Positions 9,238 to 18,056 of a stretch of 64,000 nucleotides of DNA are shown piece by piece. The stretch is from an uncultured Chloroflexia bacterium (GTDB lineage Bacteria; Chloroflexota; Limnocylindria; Limnocylindrales; CSP1-4). Both the position numbers and the translations under genes were made by a program. The notes under the pieces were generated by a model, which was not told where the DNA came from, searched no databases, and worked only from the letters and a program-made list of their open reading frames with translations. Numbering within the stretch: position 1 is the first letter of the stretch; each line of letters starts with the position of its first letter. Location of the stretch: contig CAVSKS010000008.1 of assembly GCA_963728605.1 (NCBI GenBank), positions 43,329 to 107,328 on the forward strand, read 5' to 3'.

Positions 9238-10136
9238 CCGGTCGTGGCGGCCCACCGCTGCTCGACGCGGCCGCCGTCCGGCGGACGCTCCGCGAGGCGG
9301 GCCTCCGGCCGTGGCACGGCAGGTCCCAGAACTTCCTCGCCGATATCGACGTCCTCGAGGGGATCCTCGAGGTGGCGGCGCCGGCGCCCGGCCGTCGCAT
9401 CCTGGAGATCGGGCCCGGCCTCGGGATCCTGACCGGCGGCCTCCTCGACGCCGGGGCCTCGGTGACCGCGGTCGAGCTGGACAGTGGCCTGGTGCACCTC
9501 CTAACCGAGCGCTTCGGAGACGCCCTCGCGGACGGCCGCCTCCGCCTCGTCGAGGGCGACGCCCTCGACCAGGACCTGACACGGCTGCTGGAACCGCCCT
9601 ATGACGTGGTCGCCAACCTGCCGTACCACATCACCAGCCCGATCCTCCATGCCCTGCTGGGCACGGTGCCGCGCCCGGCGCGCCTCGTGCTGATGGTCCA
9701 GAAGGAGGTCGCCGAGCGGATCTGCGCACCACCCGGTGGGATGAGCTACCTGTCGGTCTTCGTCCAGTACCACGCCCGGGCCACGATCGCCTTCACCGTC
9801 CCGGGCCGGGCATTCGAGCCGGCGCCGGCCGTGGAATCGGCGGTCATCGTCCTCGAGCCCTATCCCGAGGACGACCGGCTGCCGGATCCGGAGGTCGAGG
9901 ACGAGCTGTGGCGCCTCGTCCAGGCGGCGTTCCGGGAGCGTCGCAAGATGCTCCACAACGTCCTGGCGCGGCAGCTGCCGATCGATGCGCCACGCGTCGA
10001 TGCCGCGCTCGCGGCGGCCGGAATCGCGCCGGACCGGCGGCCCCAGACGCTCGCCGTGGGGGAGTGGCTGCGCCTGCGCGAGGAGCTGGGCCCGATCGGG
10101 CCGGATTCGCGCGGCCGGGTCCGGTCACGTGGCTGA
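9234..10136 (+). CDS. rsmA: 16S rRNA (adenine1518/1519-N6)-dimethyltransferase
   Basis: SQNFL and EIGPGLGILT (SAM) motifs, plus NLPYHITSPIL. ATGA overlap with tsaD. Confidence 0.9.
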   Translation: MTGRGGPPLLDAAAVRRTLREAGLRPWHGRSQNFLADIDVLEGILEVAAPAPGRRILEIGPGLGILTGGLLDAGASVTAVELDSGLVHLLTERFGDALADGRLRLVEGDALDQDLTRLLEPPYDVVANLPYHITSPILHALLGTVPRPARLVLMVQKEVAERICAPPGGMSYLSVFVQYHARATIAFTVPGRAFEPAPAVESAVIVLEPYPEDDRLPDPEVEDELWRLVQAAFRERRKMLHNVLARQLPIDAPRVDAALAAAGIAPDRRPQTLAVGEWLRLREELGPIGPDSRGRVRSRG

Positions 10137-11163
10137 CCCCGGCCGGCGCCTGTCGCCCGTCGTCCGCGTCGCGCCGGCCAAGCTCAACCTGACCCTGGCC
10201 GTCGTCGGCCACCGGCCGGACGGATACCACGCGATCCATTCGGTCGTGGTCCTGCTCGACCTCGCGGACCGGCTGAGCCTGGCGATCCGGCCGGGCGGCC
10301 CCGACACGCTCCACGTCGATGGCTTCGACTGCGGTCCCGAACAGGACAACCTCGTCCTCCGGGCGCTGGCGGCGGCCCGCGATCGGGCGCGGCACAGCTG
10401 GCCCGGCGGGTCCGCCGATCCGCCATCGCTCGCCGTCCGGCTGGAGAAGGGGATCCCCGTAGCGGCCGGGCTGGGTGGCGGGAGTAGCGACGCCGCCGCG
10501 GCCATCGACGCGGCCTTCGAGGCCTGGGATGCGTCGGTCGACGGGTCGGCCCGGGTGGCGGTCGCCGCGGCGGTCGGGTCGGACGTGCCGCTGTTCCTGG
10601 CCGGCGGCCCGGTCCTCATCGAGGGCCGTGGCGAACGGGTCACGCCGCTCCATGGTGTGCGCGCCGAGGCCGGCCACGAACCGGCGGTCGTGCTCGTGAC
10701 GCCGGCGGTCCCGGCCCACACGGGCGACGTCTTCGCCGCCTGGTCGGCGGGCGCGATGGCGGAGCCGGGTATCGCCCGGCGGACATCGGAGCACTTCGCC
10801 AGCGAGTTCGGCTCCGGCCTGTCGCCGCGGCAGCTGCTGGAGCGTGCCGCGGTCCTCGCCTCGGCCAACGACCTCGCCCCGGCAGCCGCGGCCGTCGTGC
10901 CGGGGCTCGTGCCCTTCCGGCGGGCCCTGACCCGGCGGCTCGGCCGCCCGATCGGGCTGTCGGGCTCCGGGCCGACGCTGTGGGCGCTCTATCCTTCGAG
11001 GGACGAGGCCGAGGCGGCCGCGGACGTCGTCCGCGAGGCGGTCGCCTCGACGGAGGTCGAGGCACCCGGCGACGGACCGCCGTTCGTCGCGGCGGCCACG
11101 ATCGGCCGGCGGGCCGAGCCGCAACCAGACCAACCGGACCACCCAGACAGGAGCGAACCATGA
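10129..11163 (+). CDS. ispE: 4-diphosphocytidyl-2-C-methyl-D-erythritol kinase
   Basis: PAKLNLTL and GIPVAAGLGGGSSDAAA (GHMP kinase) motifs. GTG 10129 overlaps the rsmA stop. Confidence 0.85.
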   Translation: MADPGRRLSPVVRVAPAKLNLTLAVVGHRPDGYHAIHSVVVLLDLADRLSLAIRPGGPDTLHVDGFDCGPEQDNLVLRALAAARDRARHSWPGGSADPPSLAVRLEKGIPVAAGLGGGSSDAAAAIDAAFEAWDASVDGSARVAVAAAVGSDVPLFLAGGPVLIEGRGERVTPLHGVRAEAGHEPAVVLVTPAVPAHTGDVFAAWSAGAMAEPGIARRTSEHFASEFGSGLSPRQLLERAAVLASANDLAPAAAAVVPGLVPFRRALTRRLGRPIGLSGSGPTLWALYPSRDEAEAAADVVREAVASTEVEAPGDGPPFVAAATIGRRAEPQPDQPDHPDRSEP

Positions 11164-11564
11164 GTCGTCAGGCCGTCTCCACCGGCGGCGCCCCGGCCGC
11201 GATCGGACCGTACAGCCAGGGGATCGCCGTCGATGGCTTCGTCTTCTGCTCCGGCCAGATCGGGCTCGACCCGGCGACCGGCGAGCTAGTGAGCGGCGGC
11301 GTCGAGGCGGAGGCTGAGCGGGCCCTCAAGAACCTGACCGCGGTCCTCGACGCGGCCGGCGTGTCGGTGGCCGACATCGTCAAGACGACCGTCTTCCTGG
11401 CCGACATCGGCGACTTCGGCGCGGTCAACGCCGTCTACGCCCGGCACATGCCGGACCCGCCGCCGGCCCGGTCCACGTTCGCCGTCGGGGCGCTGCCGAA
11501 GGGCGCCCGGGTCGAGGTCGAGGCGATCGCGTACCGCCGGATCGCGGATGCGGTGGGCCGCTGA
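11160..11564 (+). CDS. ridA: RidA/YjgF family reactive-intermediate deaminase
   Basis: GPYSQG, KTTVFL and ARVEVEAIA motifs. ATGA overlap with ispE. Confidence 0.85.
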   Translation: MSRQAVSTGGAPAAIGPYSQGIAVDGFVFCSGQIGLDPATGELVSGGVEAEAERALKNLTAVLDAAGVSVADIVKTTVFLADIGDFGAVNAVYARHMPDPPPARSTFAVGALPKGARVEVEAIAYRRIADAVGR

Positions 11565-11594
11565 GCGGCCCGCAGGATCGCGCACGCGGGCCGC
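11565..11594 (+). terminator. candidate stem-loop after ridA (GCGGCCCGC-N12-GCGGGCCGC), inside a 14-bp direct repeat pair GGGCCGCTGAGCGG
   Basis: A 9-bp GC stem read directly. Only a weak T tract follows (GGGTTTG). Confidence 0.3.
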
Positions 11595-11603
11595 TGAGCG
11601 GGT

Positions 11604-11632
11604 TTGACACCCGGGGGGGCCCAACCTACGAT
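11604..11632 (+). promoter_or_regulatory. candidate sigma-70-type promoter for glmU: TTGACA-N17-TACGAT
   Basis: Exact TTGACA at 11604-11609, a 17-nt spacer, then TACGAT at 11627-11632. It lies ~100 nt upstream of the glmU GTG. Confidence 0.5.
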
Positions 11633-11730
11633 GCCGCGACACTGATCATGCCTGACCAACCCCCACCGGAACGTCGCGGCGCCGGACCACATCGCCGACG
11701 CCGAGCCCACGATCTCCGGTTCGTCCCTTC

Positions 11731-13147
11731 GTGAACCCCCCAAGTCCCGGGCACTCCCGGCGGACCGTCGCGATCGTCCTCGCGGCGGGCCTCGGCACGC
11801 GGATGAAGTCGCGCCTGCCGAAGCTCCTCCACCCGCTCCTCGGCCGGCCGATGCTGGCCTACGTGATCGATGCCGCGCGGGCGGCTACCGGCGAGCGGCC
11901 GCTCGTCGTCTACTCGCCGGCCACGGCAGCGCTTCGGGATGTCTTCGCGGGCGACGCCGACTTCGCGCTGCAGGACGAACCGCGCGGCACCGGCGATGCG
12001 GTCCGTGCGGCGCTGCCGGCCCTGCCTCCCGACGTCGATGAAGTGCTGGTCCTCTCGGGCGACGTCCCGCGGGTCGCGCCAGGAGCTCCTCGCCGAGCTC
12101 CTCGAGCAGCGACGGCTCGACCATGCTGCGCTCGCCCTGACCGCGGTCGCGGCCATCGACCCACGCCAACTGGGACGGGTGATCCGGAGCGATGCTGGCT
12201 CGATCGAGGGCATCGTCGAGGCTCGCGACGCCTCGGAGGAGGAGCTCGAGATCGGCGAGATCAACGCCGGGCTGTACGCGTTCGACGCCGACTGGCTGCG
12301 GAGCGCGATCGGGCGGCTCCAGCCGTCGCCGTCCACGGGCGAGCTGTACCTCACGGAGCTGGTGACGATCGCCCGGGCAGACGGCCGCCTCGTCGCGGCC
12401 CTCGATGTCGAGGACGACGGCCGGCTGCTCGGGATCAACGACCGGTCCGAGCTCGCCCAGGCCGAGTGGGACCTCCGGACCGAGCTCAACGAGGCCCACA
12501 TGCGGGCCGGCGTGACGATGCGCGACCCGTCGACCGTCTACCTGGACGCCACCGTCGACCTGGCGACCGACGTCATCCTCGAGCCCAACGTGATCCTGCG
12601 CGGCGCGACCCGGGTCGGGGAGGGGAGCGTCATCGGCGCCGGCAGCCAGATCCTCGACAGCACGATCGGCGAGCGCTGCACGGTCTGGGCCTCCGTCGTC
12701 GAGTCGTCGACGGTCGAGGACGACGTCAGGATCGGGCCGTTCAGCCACCTCCGGCCGGGCTCCCACGTGGGCTCGGGGTCGGAGATCGGCAACTTCGCCG
12801 AGATCAAGAACAGCCGCCTCGGCCGCAACGTCCGGCAGCATCACAACAGCTACCTGGGCGACGCCGACGTGGGTGACGGGACGAACGTCGGCGCGGGCAC
12901 GATCACCGCCAACTACGACGGCGTCCGGAAGCACCGGACGACGATCGGCAAGGGCGTCTTCCTCGGCGTCGACACCATGCTCCGGGCGCCGGTGACGCTC
13001 GGCGACGGGTCGAAGACGGGCGCCGGCGCCGTCGTGACCAGGGACGTGCCGGCCGGCAAGCTGGCGGTCGGCATCCCGGCCCGGATCCGGACCCCGCGCG
13101 AGCCGGCCCTGCCCGTCGACGCCGACGGCGACGGCCGGGCGACCTGA
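11731..13147 (+). CDS. glmU: bifunctional UDP-GlcNAc pyrophosphorylase / GlcN-1-P acetyltransferase, with an apparent +1 frame change near 12070-12080
   Basis: The N-terminus (LAAGLGTRMKS, EPRGTGDAV, VLVLSGDVP) is in the frame of ORF 11731. The rest (QELLAELLEQ..., GEINAGLYAF, hexapeptide repeats) is in the frame of ORF 11870..13147. Confidence 0.85.
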
Positions 13148-14487
13148 TGGACGGACCCGTGCTCGAGATCCTGGTGATCGCGGTCCTGATCCTCCTCAAC
13201 GCGGTGTTCGTGGCCGCGGAAATCGCCCTCGTGACCGTCCGCCGGACCCGGATCGAGCAGCTCATCGACGAGGGTCGTCGGGGTGCCCGCCTCGTCCGAC
13301 GTCTGACCGCCCAGCCGGGACGGTTCCTGGCCGTCATCCAGCTCGGCATCACGTTCATCGGCTTCCTCGCCGCGGCCTTCGCCGGCGCGAGCATCGCCAG
13401 CGGCCTCCGTGAGACGCTGGAGACGATCCCGGCGTTGGAACCCTATGCCGGCGGCCTGGCGCTGATCATCGTCACCGCGGTCCTGAGCTTCTTCACGATC
13501 GTCTTCGGCGAACTCGTGCCCAAGACGCTGGCCCTGGCCCATCCGGAGCGCTACGCGCTCCTGCTGGCGCCGCTCGTCGACGTCGTCGGCCGGGTCCTTC
13601 GGCCGATCGTGTGGGCGCTCCAGCGGGTCACCGAGTTCATCAACCGGCTGCTCGGCGTCAGCGACATCGACCAGAACCAGATCAGCACCGAGGAGCTGAA
13701 GCTCCTCGTCGAGCGGGGCGGCGAGCAGGGGATCCTGGAGGCCGAAGAGGAGCAGATGATCCACGCGGTCATCGAGCTCGGCGGCCGGCGGGTCCACGAG
13801 GTCATGGTTCCGCGGATCGACATCGTCGCCCTGGCATCCACGGCCGGCCTCGAGGAGGCGATCGACAAGGTCGTCGAGGAGGGCCACAGCCGGATCCCGG
13901 TCTACCAGGAGACGGTCGATGAGGTCATCGGGATCCTGTACGCCAAAGACCTGTTGCCGTTTCTCAAGAACGGCTCGCCCCAGCGACCATCGCTCCGGTC
14001 GCTGCTGCGGCCGCCGGTCTTCGTCCCCGAGTCGATGTCGATCGACGACCTGCTCCATGAGCTGCAACGGCGCAAGGTCCACATCGCGATCGTGCTCGAC
14101 GAGTACGGCGGGACGGCCGGCCTGGTCACCATCGAGGACCTCCTCGAGGAGATCGTCGGCGAGATCCAGGACGAATACGACGTCGAGGAGCCGATGGTCG
14201 TCCGGATCTCCGACGACGAGGCAAGGGTCGACGGTCGGGCCGCGGTCGACGACCTGGAGGAGATCTTCGACACCCAGCTGGGCCTCGAGGACGAGGACGA
14301 GTACGACACCGTCGGGGGCCTGATCTATCACCGGGTCGGCGGGGTTCCGTCACCGGGCGACCAGGTGACGGTCGACGGGCTGACACTGACCGTCGAATCG
14401 ACCGACGGCCGGCGAGTGGGCAAGGTCCTGGTGGTCCGTCATCGTGGCGAGGAAGGCGCCGTGGCCGTCGACGAGGCGGACCGCTGA
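13147..14487 (+). CDS. CNNM/CorC/HlyC-family transporter (DUF21 + CBS pair + CorC_HlyC)
   Basis: N-terminal four-TM DUF21-like region, a CBS region (HEVMVPRIDIV...) and a C-terminal transporter-associated domain. The ATG shares 1 nt with the glmU stop (TGATG). Confidence 0.85.
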   Translation: MDGPVLEILVIAVLILLNAVFVAAEIALVTVRRTRIEQLIDEGRRGARLVRRLTAQPGRFLAVIQLGITFIGFLAAAFAGASIASGLRETLETIPALEPYAGGLALIIVTAVLSFFTIVFGELVPKTLALAHPERYALLLAPLVDVVGRVLRPIVWALQRVTEFINRLLGVSDIDQNQISTEELKLLVERGGEQGILEAEEEQMIHAVIELGGRRVHEVMVPRIDIVALASTAGLEEAIDKVVEEGHSRIPVYQETVDEVIGILYAKDLLPFLKNGSPQRPSLRSLLRPPVFVPESMSIDDLLHELQRRKVHIAIVLDEYGGTAGLVTIEDLLEEIVGEIQDEYDVEEPMVVRISDDEARVDGRAAVDDLEEIFDTQLGLEDEDEYDTVGGLIYHRVGGVPSPGDQVTVDGLTLTVESTDGRRVGKVLVVRHRGEEGAVAVDEADR

Positions 14488-14737
14488 GCCGGAAGCCCGG
14501 CGTCGGTCATCCCCTCCGCTTCACCACCATCGCCCACGGCGGGCGGCAAATCCTCGGCCCGGTCTCGGCGGAATGGCCTCGGCCCGTCAGGTACGCACCG
14601 TGTGCGTGGTGGACGTCCCGAGCCTCGTAGCGGAGCCGGATCCGTGCGTGGGTCGCCGGGCTCGGGACCAAATCGACGGAGATTCTGCGCCTATCACGCA
14701 CCGGGTGCGTAGATGACGGGGCCGGCGCCCGCGGGCG

Positions 14738-15763
14738 TCAGGCGCTGATCACCGAGACGATGATCTCCTCGAGGCGGCCGCGGGCGGCCGGGGCGACGAC
14801 GCCGGCGGCGTCGAGCTCGGCGAGGGCCTCGTCACGATGGCGGCGGGCCTCCTCGCGGGTGTAGTCGCGGGCGCCGGTTCGCTCGAGGATCCGGACGATC
14901 TCGGTGATCGCGGCCTCGTCGAGGTCCTCGCCGGTGTACAGCGCCCGCAGGCGGTCGCGATCGTCGGGGCCTGCCTGCTCCATGGCGTAGATCACCGGCA
15001 ACGTCTTCTTGCGACGGGCGACGTCGGTCGGCTCCTTGCCGGTTCGCTGTTCCTCGCCCCAGATGCCGAGCAGGTCGTCGTTGAGCTGGAACGCGATCCC
15101 CAGCGCCCAGCCGAAGGCCCGGTAGCGGCGGATGACCTCCTCGTCGTCGGTCGCGAGCAGGGCACCGGCCTCGATCGAGGCCGCGATCAGGGCCGCGGTC
15201 TTGCGGCCGATCATGTCGAAGTACAGCTCGACCGACATGGCGTCGTCGTGTTCGGACGTCCAGATGTCGATGTACTGGCCCTCGCACAGGGCGACGCACG
15301 TCTCGTCGTAGAGGCGCATCAGCCGGAGCACCTTGGCGTCGCTGAACCCCAGGTCCGTGAGGCGGTGGAGCGCCATCCGCGACAGGCTGAACAGCATGTC
15401 GCCGGTGTTGATCGCCTGGGGGATGCCGTGGAGGGCCCACACGGTCGGCCGGTGGCGCCGCTCGCGATCGCCGTCCTCGATGTCGTCGTGGACGAGGCTG
15501 AAGTTGTGGCCAAGCTCCACCGCCGCGGCCCCGGGAAGGGCCCGGACGTGGTCGCCGGCGATCGAGGCGTAGGCGAGGAGCCCGAGCAGCGGTCGGAGCC
15601 GCTTGCCGGCCGGCGAACCCGTACCGTCCAGGCCGAGGTGGTAGCGGACCATCCGGTACACGCCGACCGTCGACGCGTCACCGTCACCGACGAGTCGGAG
15701 GATCTCCGCTTCCGTGTCGGCGATCAGGGTGGCGAGATCGAGATCGTTCGAGACCTGGGCCAT
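14738..15763 (-). CDS. polyprenyl (geranylgeranyl-type) diphosphate synthase
   Basis: First and second aspartate-rich motifs, LVHDDIED and FQLNDDLLG. ATG at 15763 is preferred. ATG at 15793 is the alternative. Confidence 0.85.
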   Translation of the reverse strand: MAQVSNDLDLATLIADTEAEILRLVGDGDASTVGVYRMVRYHLGLDGTGSPAGKRLRPLLGLLAYASIAGDHVRALPGAAAVELGHNFSLVHDDIEDGDRERRHRPTVWALHGIPQAINTGDMLFSLSRMALHRLTDLGFSDAKVLRLMRLYDETCVALCEGQYIDIWTSEHDDAMSVELYFDMIGRKTAALIAASIEAGALLATDDEEVIRRYRAFGWALGIAFQLNDDLLGIWGEEQRTGKEPTDVARRKKTLPVIYAMEQAGPDDRDRLRALYTGEDLDEAAITEIVRILERTGARDYTREEARRHRDEALAELDAAGVVAPAARGRLEEIIVSVISA

Positions 15764-16061
15764 CGCCCGGCCAGTGTAGCGCCGAATCGACAAACATGCG
15801 AGGCGTTAGTAGCCTGTTGCGGCGCCTGATGAGGCGAACCAAGGCGAAGGACGAAACCGGAAAAGGGAATGTCGGTCCTCTGGCCGGCGCACCCCCCGGA
15901 CACGCCGGACAGAGGACCGGCGCCGACGCGGGGGACGCAACCGCGCCAGCGCCTGAGAGTAATTCGCAGCAGGACGCGTCTTGGATCACTCCAACCCAAG
16001 GGAATTTTTCGGGCGTCATCCTGACCGCACCCCGTCCCGTGGCGGTGGTACCGTCGGGAAC

Positions 16062-16826
16062 GTGCCACCGCCCCGTCGCTACTCCACCGACGCGATCGTC
16101 CTGTCGCGTTTCGACCTCGGCGAGGCGGACCGGGTCCTCACGCTGATCACGCCGGGCGGCGGCAAGCTCAAGGCCATCGCCAAGGGCGTCCGGCGACCGA
16201 CGTCGCGGCTCGGTGGCAGCCTCGAGCCGTTCGCCGAGCTCAACGTTGGGCTGGCGCGCGGTCGAACCTTCGACGTGGTGACCGAGGTTCGCGTGGGGCA
16301 CGCCTGGCTGCGGCTGCGCGATTCGCTCGAATCGGCGGCAACGGCCTGGTACCTCGCTGAGCTCGCCGACCGCTCGCTCGAGGAGCGGCACGCCGCCGAG
16401 CCGCTGTATGCCTTGCTCCGGCGGGCGTACGAACTGCTCGACGCCGGGATGGCCCCCGGACGCGTGGCCCGCTGGTACGAGATGCACCTGGCCGACGAGC
16501 TCGGCGTCCGACCGGAGGTCGATCGGTGCGTCGAATGCGATCGCGTGCTCGAGTCCGACGAGTCGTTCCGCTGGGTCCCGCCGCTGGGCGGCGTGCTCTG
16601 CCAGCGCTGCCCGGGACCGCCGCGCGAGCGAGCCGGCCTGACGCTGGAGGGCCTGAAGCTGCTCAAGGCGTACCAGCGCCTCGACATAGCCGCGATCGCC
16701 GGGCTGCGCCTCTCCGCGGTGGTCGAGGCGGAGGTGGAGGCCGCCATGCGGGACTTCCTCAGGATCGCCCTCGAGCGCGACCCGCGCTCGCTCGCCTTCC
16801 TCGACGAGGTTCGCGCCGGAGCGTGA
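16062..16826 (+). CDS. recO: DNA repair protein RecO
   Basis: OB-fold N-terminus AIVLSRFDLGEADRVLTLITP..GKL.AIAKG and Cys pairs CVECD...CQRC. GTG 16062 chosen as start. Confidence 0.85.
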   Translation: MPPPRRYSTDAIVLSRFDLGEADRVLTLITPGGGKLKAIAKGVRRPTSRLGGSLEPFAELNVGLARGRTFDVVTEVRVGHAWLRLRDSLESAATAWYLAELADRSLEERHAAEPLYALLRRAYELLDAGMAPGRVARWYEMHLADELGVRPEVDRCVECDRVLESDESFRWVPPLGGVLCQRCPGPPRERAGLTLEGLKLLKAYQRLDIAAIAGLRLSAVVEAEVEAAMRDFLRIALERDPRSLAFLDEVRAGA

Positions 16827-17974
16827 AGGCGTTCGACGCGCTGGCGGCACTGACCGCACCCGTCGGCCGGCGCCTCGTGGAGCGACGCGTCGAGCGGCGT
16901 TACAACCGGGTCCTCCATCGGCCGCCGTACCGTGCCTCGGAGCGGGCGAGGGAGCTCCACCGCACCCTCGCGATCGCCGACCTCCACGCCGATTCGCTGC
17001 TCTACGGCCGCGACCTGCTCCGCCGGTCGCGGGTGGGCCACGTCGACGTGCCCCGGCTGATCGAGGGCGGCGTGGCGCTCCAGGCGCTGGCCGCCTGCGT
17101 CCGGGTCCCGCACGGGATCAACCCGGAGCGGAACGAGGACACCTCCGACGATGTCCGGATGCTCGCCATCGCGCTCGGCTGGCCGCCCCGGACGTGGCGG
17201 AGCGGTCTCGCCCGGGCGCTTCATCTAGCCACGCTGGCCCGGCGCCTGGCGGCCAATTCGAACGGCCGCCTCACGATCGTCGGCTCGGCGCCAGACCTTG
17301 CGGCATATCTCGAACGCCGGCGCATCGATCCAGGCCAGACCAGCGCCATCCTCACGATCGAGGGCGCGGCGGCGCTCGACGGGGATCCGGCCAACCTCGA
17401 CCACCTGATCGATGCCGGGTTCCGGCTGTTCGCACTCACCCACATGGTCGACAACCGCTTCGCCGGCTCGTCGTCGGGTGTCGCAAAGACCGGGCTCACC
17501 GACGCCGGCCGGGACCTCGTCGAGCGCCTCGAATCCCGTTCCGTGCTGATCGACGTGGCGCATGCCTCGAGCGCGGCCATCGACGACGTCCTCGCCATCG
17601 CCAGCCGGCCGGTGGTGGCATCGCACACCGGCGTCCTGGGCACCCACCAGACGCCGCGCAACCTTTCGGACGACCACCTCAGGGGGATTGCCGAGACCGG
17701 CGGGCTCGTCGGGATCGGATTCTGGCCGGCGGTCACCGGCGGTGACGATGCCGCGGCCATTGCCCGGGCGGTCCGGCACGCGACGGACGTCGCGGGGATG
17801 GACCACGTCGGGCTCGGCTCGGATTTCGACGGCGCCGTCCCCACGCCGTTCGAGGCCACGGGCCTCGTCCAGTTGACCGACGCCCTTCTGGAGGCCGGCT
17901 TCGCCGACGACGAGATCGCAAGGGTCATGGGTGGCAACGTGCTTCGCCTGCTTGCCGGGACGCTGCCCGCCTGA
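16823..17974 (+). CDS. membrane dipeptidase (peptidase M19 family)
   Basis: DLHADSL, HMVDN, DVAHAS, ASHTG and GLGSDFDG motifs. GTGA overlap with recO. Confidence 0.8.
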   Translation: MKAFDALAALTAPVGRRLVERRVERRYNRVLHRPPYRASERARELHRTLAIADLHADSLLYGRDLLRRSRVGHVDVPRLIEGGVALQALAACVRVPHGINPERNEDTSDDVRMLAIALGWPPRTWRSGLARALHLATLARRLAANSNGRLTIVGSAPDLAAYLERRRIDPGQTSAILTIEGAAALDGDPANLDHLIDAGFRLFALTHMVDNRFAGSSSGVAKTGLTDAGRDLVERLESRSVLIDVAHASSAAIDDVLAIASRPVVASHTGVLGTHQTPRNLSDDHLRGIAETGGLVGIGFWPAVTGGDDAAAIARAVRHATDVAGMDHVGLGSDFDGAVPTPFEATGLVQLTDALLEAGFADDEIARVMGGNVLRLLAGTLPA

Positions 17975-18056
17975 CGGCGCCGACGGTGCTAGCATCGCCC
18001 GACCCAGCAAGCCTGCGACCGTCCCTTCCACGGCCGGCCGCCCAGGAGACGCCCTC

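Noticed and set aside
15925-16015. TPP (THI-box) riboswitch-like fragments: CGGGGGACGC, CCTGAGAG, TTGGA-TCAC-TCCAA, CCCAAGGGAA
   Set aside because: The ACCC strand that must pair with GGGG, and the ACCTGATC segment, are missing. Neither flanking gene (recO, polyprenyl synthase) is thiamine-related.
17975-18056. T-box leader upstream of glyQS
   Set aside because: Only 82 nt are available, which is far too short for a T-box. There is no specifier-loop or T-box sequence. A TGCTAGCAT extended -10-like string (about 17991-17999) and an AGGAG site are all that is visible.
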